Shown: positions 37,818-48,109, numbered from the stretch's first letter. The stretch is 64,000 nt of DNA from an uncultured Lachnospiraceae bacterium (GCA_964432825.1 CAYSOX010000005.1:1460-65459), one strand, 5' to 3'. Notes: generated by a model from the letters alone, not told the origin. A program made the numbers and translations.

Positions 37818-40100
37818 ATGAAAAAAAGAATAATATTAATTATAACATCGGTTGTAGCAATTTTGGTTGTAGCAGGTTTGATTGTGTTTACCGTGGTTAG
37901 TAAAACCAAAAAGACAGATAAGGATTCAATCGTTCCACCTACTTCAGATAACCAAGATGTAAATTTAGAAGAACCAGACTATGATTTTGGTTTAGATAGC
38001 GATGAGGATATTGAGTACAAAAAGAACAACAAAGACTTAAGTTATCTTATTGGTGACGAAATTACCGACTCAATTTTTGTACAAAATTATGAAGAAATTA
38101 AGGAAAATTTCTCATTTATAAAGGCAGAAAACGGAAAACTTATCGCAGAAAAAGCGGGTGAAGCAACTGCAACAATTATAAGTGAAGATAAGCAGATTAC
38201 CCTTCATGTTTATGTTTATGAAGATGGTAATGGTACAGAAGAATATCCATATGTAATTTTGAGAATTGAAGACTTAGTAAGACACTTTAATGAATGTAAT
38301 CAAGGTGTGTATTATATTCAAAAAGCGGATTTAGACCTAAGCACATACAATGGCGGAAATTGGATACCTTTAGGTAAAAACTCTTATCCATTTATGTCAA
38401 ATTACGATGGTAATAATTACAAAATTTACAATATGAACATCACAATCGACGAAAGCAATTTGGAAGATTATGTTGATAAGCAAAAGGTAAATGGTGCAGA
38501 AGTCAACTCACTAATGGTAGGATTTTTCGGAGTTGTTTGCGGACAAAATGAAAACAAAAAAATAGAAATTAAGGATATGACCATTTCTTACGCAAAGGTT
38601 GATAGTTCAGCACTAGATACTGGTTCGCTTAAGCGCTCAAATAAATTATTCCAATCAATAGATTACATTTCAATCTCTTTATTTGCCGGCAATGTTACTT
38701 ATGCAAAAATTGAAAATGTAGCAGTAAATGGTGAAATAAATTCATCAATGAATGCAAAAAGTTATCAATCTGAGTTTATATCACAAGTTGCTGGTGCCAT
38801 TGGTACTATAGATTACTCAAGTGTAAATGGGCTTTATGGTATGGTTACAATTAATGCTACGGGAGTTGGTAATGTAAATGGTGAAGAGGTATATGGAAGT
38901 TGTGTTGCTGGATTAATTGGTAAAGTTTATGACGGTTGTGAACTTGAAAAATGTGCTTCTTGTCCAACAATTTATGCTAAAAATTATGCAAAAACTTATA
39001 TTTCTGGTATGTTTGGTGTAATTGGTGAAAGCGAAAGCAATATCATTTCAAATTCAGTAGTAACCAAAGGTAATATAGGTGTAAATGCTGGCGGTAAATA
39101 CAATGCAATTGTTGCAGGATTTGCAATTAAGTTGTGTAATGAAAATACAATTACAAATTCTAGAGTATTAAATACATATATCAATAACGAAGCCAAATTT
39201 TTAGGCACAAGCAATAGTGCGGGATTTGTTTATACAAACGATGGCGAAATTGAAGACTCATATATTTCAGGCGGTGCGGTAGAAGGTGTTGAGGTTGCAG
39301 GTTTTGTATTCAACAACAATTCAAATATTAGTTACACAGAAGAGTTTGCAAAGAACTATGTTTTAAATATCACCATTAATGGTGAGTTAGGAATGGCTGG
39401 ATTTGTATACACAAACAGAGGTTCAATCGAAGCCCAAGTTCAAGAAGATATGTATGCTAGACTTAACTGGGTTAAGATAAATAAAGAGTTCTACACATTC
39501 TATAAAGGTTACGGCAGTATGATGTCAGCAGGTTTTGTTGAAAATGCCGAACAAGGAAGTGTAATTTCAAACTTCAATATCATAACCAATATGTACGATG
39601 TAGTAAATTGTGCTGGTGCGGTAGGTTTTGTTAATGGCAAAACAACAATCCAAAACTTAATAGTTAGCACCACCATTCGTACACTTACTGAAGAAGATGG
39701 CAAAAATTATTCAGGTGCAACGGGTTTGGTTTCAGGTTTGATAGGTTATATTCCTGCAAATGTTCAAGATGAAATTACAATAGAAAATGTTCAAGTAAAC
39801 ATTAGTGTAAACAAAATAAAAGAAGAAGGCAAAGAATATTCACTAGGTATTTATGGTTCATTGTTTGGCCTAAATTACGCAAAGCATGTAACACTTAAAA
39901 ATGTAAAAATACAAAGTGTTTATGTGAATGCTGATATTGCTCAAGGATTAAAAGATGTTAGCGAAATAAAGATTGGCTCAATTGCAGGTATTGCTATATC
40001 TTATGATCAATTTACAGTAGAAAATGTTAAATCTGTTCAAGGCGAAGTAATTCTAGACGGAAATTCAGTAACAATTGATAGATACAAATATTTCAATTAA
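37818..40100 (+). CDS. membrane-anchored surface protein with an Ig-like module and GLUG-like repeats
   Basis: N-terminal TM helix. Recurrent aGF(V/I)g...G.I motifs (VGFFGVV, AGLIGKV, SGMFGVIG, SAGFVYTNDGEIEDSY, VAGFVFNN, MAGFVYTNRGSIE, SAGFVENAEQGSV, GAVGFVNG, SGLIGYI). Confidence 0.55.
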   Translation: MKKRIILIITSVVAILVVAGLIVFTVVSKTKKTDKDSIVPPTSDNQDVNLEEPDYDFGLDSDEDIEYKKNNKDLSYLIGDEITDSIFVQNYEEIKENFSFIKAENGKLIAEKAGEATATIISEDKQITLHVYVYEDGNGTEEYPYVILRIEDLVRHFNECNQGVYYIQKADLDLSTYNGGNWIPLGKNSYPFMSNYDGNNYKIYNMNITIDESNLEDYVDKQKVNGAEVNSLMVGFFGVVCGQNENKKIEIKDMTISYAKVDSSALDTGSLKRSNKLFQSIDYISISLFAGNVTYAKIENVAVNGEINSSMNAKSYQSEFISQVAGAIGTIDYSSVNGLYGMVTINATGVGNVNGEEVYGSCVAGLIGKVYDGCELEKCASCPTIYAKNYAKTYISGMFGVIGESESNIISNSVVTKGNIGVNAGGKYNAIVAGFAIKLCNENTITNSRVLNTYINNEAKFLGTSNSAGFVYTNDGEIEDSYISGGAVEGVEVAGFVFNNNSNISYTEEFAKNYVLNITINGELGMAGFVYTNRGSIEAQVQEDMYARLNWVKINKEFYTFYKGYGSMMSAGFVENAEQGSVISNFNIITNMYDVVNCAGAVGFVNGKTTIQNLIVSTTIRTLTEEDGKNYSGATGLVSGLIGYIPANVQDEITIENVQVNISVNKIKEEGKEYSLGIYGSLFGLNYAKHVTLKNVKIQSVYVNADIAQGLKDVSEIKIGSIAGIAISYDQFTVENVKSVQGEVILDGNSVTIDRYKYFN

Positions 40101-40120
40101 AAGTTAAAATTAATAAAGAT

Positions 40121-40153
40121 GAAGGTTGCAATAAATATTTTGCAACCTTTTTC
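40121..40153 (+). terminator. intrinsic terminator
   Basis: AAGGTTGCA-10 nt-TGCAACCTT followed by TTTC. Confidence 0.7.
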
Positions 40154-40249
40154 ATTGTTTTTTTAGAATAGTTGTTTTTTATTTGACTTATTTTTATAAA
40201 ATAATTAAACTAATAATGAATATACTATTAGAGAATGGATGGTTTGTAA

Positions 40250-42364
40250 ATGAGTAATAAAAGTACAAATAGTAAAAAGAAGAAAAAAATCACCTTTCCT
40301 AAGGTAATGCTAATTTTGGCAATAGCCTTAGGTGTGGGGCTTATTGGCTTCGTTATATTTGATAAGGTTACAAGTTCAACCGTAAAGGCAGTTTCCATAG
40401 AGGGTGCCTATTCGGTATTGTATGTGGGTAACCCAAAATATGATTCGGTGGAACATAATGTAGCAATTTATCCAACAAATGCCAACCAAGGCTTTACCGC
40501 ATCAAGTAGTGATAATTCGGTTGCAACAGTCACAATCACTGAAGAGGGTAAAATTAGAGTACAAGCAGTCGGTGAAGGCTCTGCACAAATAGTAGTTCGT
40601 AGTAAAGCAAAGTCTAGCATAAAAGATAGTTTTAGTGTATATGTAAAAAATACCGATGTTCAAGATGTAACAATATATAAGTCAAGTAATGAAATTTTGG
40701 ATACCAATAGCAATATAGAAACTATAAATATTCAAAAAGATGGGCTAGAGCATTATATTCCTTTTGACATAGACCCAGTAGATGCAAATATGGATAGGCT
40801 AAGTGTGTTGGAGTTTAATAAAGATGCTTTAGAAAATGTTTGGATTGATGCACAAAATAAGCGTTTGGTGGTTATTCCAAAAACGGATATAGAAAATAAG
40901 ATTGTTCCAATAACCCTAGGAATCTTCCAAAATACAACCAAAGGTCAAACAGACGCAAAAAAGATTACCTTCAACGTAAATTTGGTTGAAAGAACGGCAT
41001 ATTTAAAATTCTCATTCGCATATGATTCAAATAGTGGTATAAATTTTAGTGGCAACAACAACGACCAAAATATAGTTTATTTAGATCCTAAATTAACAAG
41101 TGATGCAATTAAAGATTTTTATGTAAAAGTAAATATTGCATATGATAAAGACTTTACTAATATTGGCGAGTTTAAAGTTGAGGACTTCCAATTGTCGGTG
41201 AGCGATACCAGTCGTTTAACGGGTGAAGAAGAGAGTAATAATTTTGTCGCCTTTGACTATTCTAGCACAAATGACAGTGCGGAATATAAAGATAAAAATG
41301 GAAAAATCATATTCACAATTACCAAAGTGGATGGCGGAAAATATTTTAAAGTTGTGGCTGGCGAGGGCTTTGTTAACGACGAAACTACAAGTTACAAATT
41401 ATCCTTTGTTCATAAATATACCGGAGATAAAGGTGAAGTAGAAGTAAAATATTTTGAGAAAAACCTACTTGCCGATAATGGTGGGTCAATAACCGATTGG
41501 TCAATTAAATATGATGATGTTAGCGATAAATATGCTATTCGTGCATTAGAATTACAAAAATACAAATACGCAATCACAAATGGTTCTAGTGTATTGCTTG
41601 AATCTAATATCGATAAAGGTATAGAAAAGGGCATATTAAGTATTTACACTGTAGATAAAAATGGCGACGATTGTTCGGTATTTTCAAATAAATTTGGTGA
41701 CACTATCACAATAGAGAAGTTTGATAAACGAATAAAAATTAAAGCAAAATCAATCATTTCAAGACCTAGCAATTCAACCGAGGCGGATAGTGAATACAAT
41801 ATAACGGTAAGGTTTAAGTTTTCTGCAACCTATTGGGATGATAGATACTTAAATAGTTATAGTAGTTTAATTGCCGATGGTAATTGGAGAGATTTCAGTT
41901 TTGTAATAGACGATTTTAAGGAAATTAACGACGACGACTTTAAGCAATTAACAAAAACTTCAAATAACCAATCTTTAACAATAGAGTTTCGTAATTCGGT
42001 GGGTGATTTAGGCGAGCAATCTCAATCACCAAGCCTTATCAGTGTTACATCCGATTTAGTTACCAATACTAAAGAAGTGAAAAAGAATGAAGCAACTGGT
42101 ACATACATATTTAAGGTGGATGGTGAATATTATTATTTGAAAGCAGAAAGGAACTCAAATAAAGATGGGTATTCTATTGTAATTAGTCGTGCAAGCAAAA
42201 ATACCGTAGATGACAAAACTACAATCGTTGTAAATGGTACAACTATTTCAAGTGAAAAAGTTGATGAAATTCCAGATGTTACAAATGAAAATAATGAAGG
42301 GAAGTTTAAAATAACATTTGGTTTCTATAACTTAACAAAAACCATACATTTCACAATGAAGTAG
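40250..42364 (+). CDS. membrane-anchored Big_2 domain protein, remainder uncharacterised
   Basis: Basic N-terminus plus a TM helix. Big_2-like IYPTNANQGFTASSSDNSVATVTITEEGKIRVQAVGEGSAQIVV. Confidence 0.65.
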   Translation: MSNKSTNSKKKKKITFPKVMLILAIALGVGLIGFVIFDKVTSSTVKAVSIEGAYSVLYVGNPKYDSVEHNVAIYPTNANQGFTASSSDNSVATVTITEEGKIRVQAVGEGSAQIVVRSKAKSSIKDSFSVYVKNTDVQDVTIYKSSNEILDTNSNIETINIQKDGLEHYIPFDIDPVDANMDRLSVLEFNKDALENVWIDAQNKRLVVIPKTDIENKIVPITLGIFQNTTKGQTDAKKITFNVNLVERTAYLKFSFAYDSNSGINFSGNNNDQNIVYLDPKLTSDAIKDFYVKVNIAYDKDFTNIGEFKVEDFQLSVSDTSRLTGEEESNNFVAFDYSSTNDSAEYKDKNGKIIFTITKVDGGKYFKVVAGEGFVNDETTSYKLSFVHKYTGDKGEVEVKYFEKNLLADNGGSITDWSIKYDDVSDKYAIRALELQKYKYAITNGSSVLLESNIDKGIEKGILSIYTVDKNGDDCSVFSNKFGDTITIEKFDKRIKIKAKSIISRPSNSTEADSEYNITVRFKFSATYWDDRYLNSYSSLIADGNWRDFSFVIDDFKEINDDDFKQLTKTSNNQSLTIEFRNSVGDLGEQSQSPSLISVTSDLVTNTKEVKKNEATGTYIFKVDGEYYYLKAERNSNKDGYSIVISRASKNTVDDKTTIVVNGTTISSEKVDEIPDVTNENNEGKFKITFGFYNLTKTIHFTMK

Positions 42365-42371
42365 TAAAAAT

Positions 42372-42623
42372 ATGAATGAATTGTTGTATGGAAATTTTAA
42401 AAAGGTAGATTTGCACGGATTAACAAGGGAAGAAGCCTTGTCGGAACTGTTATACCAAATTCAAATGGCGGATAGTTTTTATGATGGTTTAGCAATCATC
42501 CATGGATATCACGGCGGAAAAGTTTTGAAAGATATGGTGCGTAAAGAGTTTAAAAACGACCGCATTGAGGAAAAAATATTTGTAGATGCCAGTGTTACGG
42601 TATATAAATTAAAAAAATATTAA
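42372..42623 (+). CDS. Smr domain protein
   Basis: VDLHGLTREEALSEL ... IIHGYHGGKVLKDMV matches the Smr LDLHG/HG motifs. Confidence 0.75.
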   Translation: MNELLYGNFKKVDLHGLTREEALSELLYQIQMADSFYDGLAIIHGYHGGKVLKDMVRKEFKNDRIEEKIFVDASVTVYKLKKY

Positions 42624-42700
42624 ACTTTTTATACTTAACCTATTGAAATTTATTACATATTGTGTTATAATAGCAAATGTAAATATAGGGGGAAAATATA

Positions 42701-42898
42701 ATGGTTTCAAAAAAGTTATTAGTAGGTAGCATTATAACAGTTGTTATCTGTCTTGCTGTAAGTATTGTTTGTGCATGCATCAGACACTTTGATGTCGTAT
42801 CTGTAATTTTGCTTTCAGTCGTAGTTGTTTTAGCAATTATCACAGCAATCACTGCATGGAGAGAAATTGTTAACCAAAAGCACGAAGAAGAAATATAA
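42701..42898 (+). CDS. small two-TM membrane protein
   Basis: GGGGGA RBS and two hydrophobic helices. No family recognised. Confidence 0.5.
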   Translation: MVSKKLLVGSIITVVICLAVSIVCACIRHFDVVSVILLSVVVVLAIITAITAWREIVNQKHEEEI

Positions 42899-43015
42899 TA
42901 GAAAAATATTATTTAATTAATAAACAAAGTCTAGTAAAAAAATTTACTAGGCTTTTGTTTAATTTAAAATTTATTGTCCATAATTTATTCAAATAATATT
43001 TAGGAGAGTGAAGTT

Positions 43016-43585
43016 ATGGAGAAAAAGACTATAGCAACCACTATTGCAGGGATTTTAATTTTGGTGCTAATAATTAGTCTGGGTGCGACTCTTTCGGCAT
43101 TTAAAGTTCAAAAGCAAAAGGTTGAAGTAAAATCTATTAGTGTAGTTTCGGGGGATGAAATTTCGGTTACGAATAAAAAGGGTAAAAAAATAGAAGAGTT
43201 AGAAATAAAGTCTTCCAAAGTTGGTGTTCGACCAGCAACGGGTGATGAGGATAAAAACACGGGAATCCCATCTACTATAAATGATACAATAGGGACCGAA
43301 GGGGCTTATGCCGAGTTCTTTGTTGAAAGCGACAAAAATTGGTGTGTTAAATTGTTATCTTGCTCACTTTCGGCGGGTGAAGGCGAAAATTTAGAAAATG
43401 TAAGAATTGCTGTTATGGATGAAAAAAGTTCGGGGGTTAAAGGCTCAGATATTGGCGCAATCCTTACAACAAATGAAAATATTAAGGATTCAAAGGTGGT
43501 TGTAGTTGTATGGCTTGATGCAGATACAACAAAATCTATCGCATCGGCGGATATAAAAATAGGGTTAGAAGTTGCATATATTTAA
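43016..43585 (+). CDS. secreted or anchored hypothetical protein, possibly TasA/camelysin-like
   Basis: AGGAGAG RBS. The N-terminal hydrophobic segment ends in GATLSAF, which resembles the SipW-type signal motif G-x-T-x-A-x-F. The family call is low confidence. Confidence 0.5.
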   Translation: MEKKTIATTIAGILILVLIISLGATLSAFKVQKQKVEVKSISVVSGDEISVTNKKGKKIEELEIKSSKVGVRPATGDEDKNTGIPSTINDTIGTEGAYAEFFVESDKNWCVKLLSCSLSAGEGENLENVRIAVMDEKSSGVKGSDIGAILTTNENIKDSKVVVVVWLDADTTKSIASADIKIGLEVAYI

Positions 43586-43609
43586 TTGTTTTTTTCGCAT
43601 ACTAAGGGT

Positions 43610-45118
43610 ATGCAAAAGAAGTCGTGTGCAACTAATTACAAAGAAGTTTTGGCACTCACATCAATGAGTGCCTTTTCTAAAATTGTAAGTGTTCTATTTA
43701 AGATTATAATCATTTATATAATAGGAACGGTGGGAATTGGTTATTATCAATTAGCCTTTCCGCTGTTTGTTTTTTCATACACACTTTCATCGGTTGGAAA
43801 TTCCACCGCACTTACAATGTTTGTAGCCGAAGATTCAAAAACTCGACACAACAAACCTATTAAATATGCAAGCATTTTGTCGTTAATTTTTTCGGCGGTA
43901 ATTTCTTTGATAATAGTATTTTTAAGTAAATCTATTTCCATTTTGCAAGGTAATGCATCGCTTTATATTATTTATTTAGGCGTGGCTTCCACCATTATTT
44001 CGGTATCCTTGCTATCAACTTTGCGTGGTGCGGTAAGAGGCTATAAACTGGTTAAACAATATGCAATATCAGACGCACTAGAGCAAATAACAAAACTTGT
44101 ATTTTCAGTTTTTTTATCGTGGGTATTGTTACCTTTAGGGCTTATATATTCGGTATTAGGTGTTTTTTTAGGAATAACAATTAGTGCAGTTTTTTCATTG
44201 CTTTACACCTTGGTGGCATTAAGACATTTTGAAAAAGGTTTGGATAAGTCAATTACGGTGTTCAATAAACGCCAATTTTGGGTTTTTGCAGTGCTTTCGT
44301 GTATTACATCATTAATATTACCATTTACTCAATTTATAGATTCGACATTAATTGTAAGGCTTCTTGAAAGTGTGGGATATACTCATTTAACGGCAACCAA
44401 ACTGTTTGGTTTGAGTAGAGGAACTATTTCGTCATTATTAAATTTGCCAAACTCCTTAATTCTTGCAATTGAGGTTTTGCTTTTGCCAGACTTAATAAAA
44501 TTAAAGGATGAAAAGTTTTTGATTCGTGCGAGGGAAATTATCAATATTGTAGTTATACTTGGAACTATGTTTTCGCTTGCATATTTCTTGTTTTCAAAAG
44601 AAATATTAACGGTGGTATATGGTGCAAAACTGGATGAATTAGAATTAGAGCAAGCAATTAAGTTATTAAAAATTGGGTCATTTAGTGTGTTTTTTGCGGG
44701 GTTATCCCAAATTCAATCAACAATTCTTCAAGGTAAAAAAATGCTATATTTACCAATCATTTCTTTAATTATTGCTTCAATTTCAAAAATTGTGTTTGAA
44801 ATTATCTTTATTCCAAAACTGGGGATAGTTGGGGTGGAACTTGCAAACGGGCTGTTTTATATCGTTTTAAGTTTATTTAACAGCATATTTATGTTAATAA
44901 AGGGCATCAAGTGTGGTAGTGAAACAAATCTTTATGGGTTTTTTGCGGGCGGACTAATTGTGGTTGCGTTAAGGATAGTCTATTTATTATACGCGTTAAA
45001 ATTAAATTACATCCTATCTATAATTCTTTCACTTTTAACAACTTTAGTGGTTGTTGGCGGGCTTTACTTAGTTGCTTTCAAATTATTAAGTTCAAAAAAT
45101 AAAAAAATTAACTTTTAA
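43610..45118 (+). CDS. MOP-superfamily flippase (SpoVB/MurJ/polysaccharide biosynthesis protein type)
   Basis: About 14 TM helices, with length and hydrophobic pattern typical of SpoVB-like proteins. The start could be TTG 43586 or ATG 43610. Confidence 0.7.
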   Translation: MQKKSCATNYKEVLALTSMSAFSKIVSVLFKIIIIYIIGTVGIGYYQLAFPLFVFSYTLSSVGNSTALTMFVAEDSKTRHNKPIKYASILSLIFSAVISLIIVFLSKSISILQGNASLYIIYLGVASTIISVSLLSTLRGAVRGYKLVKQYAISDALEQITKLVFSVFLSWVLLPLGLIYSVLGVFLGITISAVFSLLYTLVALRHFEKGLDKSITVFNKRQFWVFAVLSCITSLILPFTQFIDSTLIVRLLESVGYTHLTATKLFGLSRGTISSLLNLPNSLILAIEVLLLPDLIKLKDEKFLIRAREIINIVVILGTMFSLAYFLFSKEILTVVYGAKLDELELEQAIKLLKIGSFSVFFAGLSQIQSTILQGKKMLYLPIISLIIASISKIVFEIIFIPKLGIVGVELANGLFYIVLSLFNSIFMLIKGIKCGSETNLYGFFAGGLIVVALRIVYLLYALKLNYILSIILSLLTTLVVVGGLYLVAFKLLSSKNKKINF

Positions 45119-45179
45119 ACATTGTATAAAAATATTTTATAGGGCAATCATTTTATAAAATCTAAAAAAGGAGTAAAAT

Positions 45180-45455
45180 ATGAATAGAAATGAATTGATT
45201 AAAGGCGTAAGTGCAGAATCTGGATTAACACAAAAAGAGGCAAAAGAAGCACTTTTTGCAATTTCAAAACTAATCAAAAACGAATTGAAAAATGGCAAAG
45301 AAGTAAAACTTACCGGATTTGGGAAGTTTGGCGTGCGTCATAGAGCCAGTCGTGTGACTACAAATCCACAAACCAAAGAGCGAATGGAAATACCTGCAAT
45401 GAAAATTACAACCTTTAAAGCCGGTCGTGAACTAAAAGAAGCAATTAGCGATTAA
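45180..45455 (+). CDS. hup: HU family DNA-binding protein
   Basis: MNRNELI...GFGKFGVRHRASRVTTNPQTKERMEIPAMKITTFKAG. Confidence 0.95.
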   Translation: MNRNELIKGVSAESGLTQKEAKEALFAISKLIKNELKNGKEVKLTGFGKFGVRHRASRVTTNPQTKERMEIPAMKITTFKAGRELKEAISD

Positions 45456-45884
45456 TAAGGCAATTTTATTTGACAGAAGCAATATATAATTAGATGTTTT
45501 TTAACTGGAACGAGGTTTTTAGATTGTGACTTATTTTGGAGGTGATATGCAATTAGTAATAGACGACCTCCTGCTGGAGTAATAAGTTGTTGAAGTACTG
45601 ACTTTCTTTGACTAATACAATACACTGTTTTAGGTTGCTTTTAGATTAAAACTATAGGTTAACAGCAAAATTATTAGCGAAGTTTTTAAATATTGAATAA
45701 GCATGCAAAAATGTAATTTTAAATACAAGTTGTTATACCAAAATCAAAAAAACAAAACCAGATATTTAACTTTCTTTGACCATTAAAAGTATTTCATATA
45801 ATGGGTGATAATTTCGAATTTAGCAAGAAATAGTTAGGGTAATTATTTGTTGTTTTTTAGGGTAAAATGTAGTACAATAGTCGT

Positions 45885-46832
45885 ATGAAAAAATTTAATG
45901 TAACAGAATATTTAAAATCTAATAAACTTTTACTTGCACCAATGGCGGGTTATACCGACATTGGTTTTCGTCATCTTTGTAGGAGTTATGGTGCAGGAAT
46001 AGTGTTCACCGAAATGATAAGTTGTAAGGCTATATTGCATAATAGCGAGAAAACGCGGGTGTTGATGACAACCGAGGCGGATGAGCGTCCAATAGCATTA
46101 CAACTTTTTGGAAACGACCCTAAAGATTTTGAAGAGGTTTTAAAAAAGCCTTTTATCAATGATTATGATATTATTGATATAAATATGGGATGCCCTGCAC
46201 CAAAAATTGTAAAAAATGGTGAAGGTTCAGCACTTTTGGAAAATATTCCGCTTGCCGAAAAAATCATAAAAAGTTGTGTAAAAAATACAACCTTACCTGT
46301 TTCGGTAAAGTTTAGAAGCGGTGTTGATGACAATGCTTTGGTATTTGAAGAGTTTGCAAAAATGTGTGAACGGGCTGGGGCTAGTTTTATTACCTTTCAT
46401 CCGCGAACAAGGGTTCAAGGCTATGCAGGGCATTCGGATTGGGAACAAATTAAAAAGGTAAGTCAAATAGTGAATATTCCGGTAATAGCCAGTGGAGATT
46501 GTTTGACTTTCCTTGACTTTAAATATCTGATTGATGAGTGTGGTGCTTCGGGTGTTATGATAGGGCGTGGTGCAATAGGGCGTCCCGAAATATTTTCAGA
46601 GGTTGCAAACAATAAAAAATTAAATTTAACACTTAGCGAAAAAATTAAGCAAATACAAATTCATTCTGATTATCTACTAAAATATAATCCGCTAAATGTT
46701 GTATCGTGTGAAATGAAAAAGCATATTTTAGCCTATGTTAAAAATTTGGATGGTTCTACCAAAATGCGGATAGAATTATCAAGGTGCGAAAGTTTGTCGG
46801 ATGCGATAAAATACTTAGAAGAGCAAGTTTAA
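45885..46832 (+). CDS. dusB: tRNA-dihydrouridine synthase
   Basis: LAPMAGYTD, DINMGCP and HPRTR motifs. Confidence 0.9.
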   Translation: MKKFNVTEYLKSNKLLLAPMAGYTDIGFRHLCRSYGAGIVFTEMISCKAILHNSEKTRVLMTTEADERPIALQLFGNDPKDFEEVLKKPFINDYDIIDINMGCPAPKIVKNGEGSALLENIPLAEKIIKSCVKNTTLPVSVKFRSGVDDNALVFEEFAKMCERAGASFITFHPRTRVQGYAGHSDWEQIKKVSQIVNIPVIASGDCLTFLDFKYLIDECGASGVMIGRGAIGRPEIFSEVANNKKLNLTLSEKIKQIQIHSDYLLKYNPLNVVSCEMKKHILAYVKNLDGSTKMRIELSRCESLSDAIKYLEEQV

Positions 46833-46845
46833 GCCAATTATTTAT

Positions 46846-46875
46846 TTGACAATTGAAAGTAATTTTTGTTACAAT
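46846..46875 (+). promoter_or_regulatory. sigma-A promoter of pgk-tpiA
   Basis: TTGACA, 18-nt spacer, TACAAT. Confidence 0.55.
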
Positions 46876-46906
46876 ATAAGCGTAAATTTACAAAGGGGGA
46901 GTTTTT

Positions 46907-48094
46907 ATGAATAAAAAAACTTTTAAAGATATAGATGTTTCTGGAAAAAGAGTTTTAGTTAGAGTAGACTTCAATGTTCCAGTAGATGATAAAAATAATA
47001 TAATTGATGATACAAGAATTGTTGCGGCTATTCCAACAATCAAATATCTAGTCAATAATAATGCCAAGGTTATTCTTTGTTCACACCTTGGAAGACCGGG
47101 TGGAGTTTTTAATGAAACATATTCATTAAAATTAGTATTGCCACGACTAAAAGAATTGTTGGGTCAAGATGTAAAAATGGCTTCAGATGTTATTGGGGAA
47201 TCAGCAAGAGAACTTTCTGCAAACCTTAAAGAGGGAGAAGTTATGATGCTAGAAAATGTTCGTTTCCACAAAGAAGAAGAGGCGAATGATGAAGAATTTT
47301 CTAAAAACTTGTCTTCACTTGCCGACATTTTTGTTCTAGATGCATTTGGAACTGCGCATAGAGCACATGCGTCAACTGCAGGTGTTGCAAGATATATTCC
47401 TGCAGTGGCAGGTTTTTTGGTCGCAAAAGAAGTAACTGAAATTGAAAAGGTTACCAGTGACCCAGAGCGTCCATCGGTTGTAATCTTCGGTGGAAAGAAG
47501 GTTTCAGATAAAATCGGCGTAATTTCTGCACTTATGGATAAGGCTAATACTATCTTAATTGGCGGGGCTATGGCTTTCACCTTTATTGTTGCAAAGGGCG
47601 GTGAGATTGGCTTAAGTAGATATGAAAAAGACAAGGTGGAACTTGCAAAGCAAATTATGGAACTAGCAGATAAGAAAAATGTAAAACTATTATTGCCGGT
47701 TGATTCGGTTGTTACTAAAGAATTTGCACCAAATGCAAAAGCAAAGAATGTAGATTCATATAAAATACCTGCCGATTGCCAAAGTATGGATATTGGTCCA
47801 AAAACAAGAAAGTTATTTGCAAAAGAAATTAAAAATGCAAAGACAGTCGTTTGGAATGGTCCAATGGGAGTTTATGAATTCAAAAAGTTCCAAAAGGGAA
47901 CCATTGCTGTTGCAAAGGCTATTGCAAAAAGCGGTGCGGTTAGTGTAGTCGGTGGCGGAGATAGTGCTGCAGCAGTTAGAGAAAGTGGCTATGCAGATAA
48001 AATAACTCATATTTCAACGGGCGGTGGTGCTACATTGGAATTCTTGGAAGGAAAAACCTTGCCAGGTATTGCAATGCTTAATGATAGAGATTAG
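46907..48094 (+). CDS. pgk: phosphoglycerate kinase
   Basis: VLVRVDFNVP, SHLGRP and GGGDSAAAV motifs. Confidence 0.95.
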   Translation: MNKKTFKDIDVSGKRVLVRVDFNVPVDDKNNIIDDTRIVAAIPTIKYLVNNNAKVILCSHLGRPGGVFNETYSLKLVLPRLKELLGQDVKMASDVIGESARELSANLKEGEVMMLENVRFHKEEEANDEEFSKNLSSLADIFVLDAFGTAHRAHASTAGVARYIPAVAGFLVAKEVTEIEKVTSDPERPSVVIFGGKKVSDKIGVISALMDKANTILIGGAMAFTFIVAKGGEIGLSRYEKDKVELAKQIMELADKKNVKLLLPVDSVVTKEFAPNAKAKNVDSYKIPADCQSMDIGPKTRKLFAKEIKNAKTVVWNGPMGVYEFKKFQKGTIAVAKAIAKSGAVSVVGGGDSAAAVRESGYADKITHISTGGGATLEFLEGKTLPGIAMLNDRD

Positions 48095-48109
48095 TTTTAA
48101 GGAGAAAAT

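Noticed and set aside
35428-42364. Possible diversity-generating retroelement targeting the large Ig-domain surface proteins
   Set aside because: The window has no reverse transcriptase and I found no template/variable repeat pair. The only sizeable tandem repeat (49837-50045) differs at scattered, non-adenine positions.
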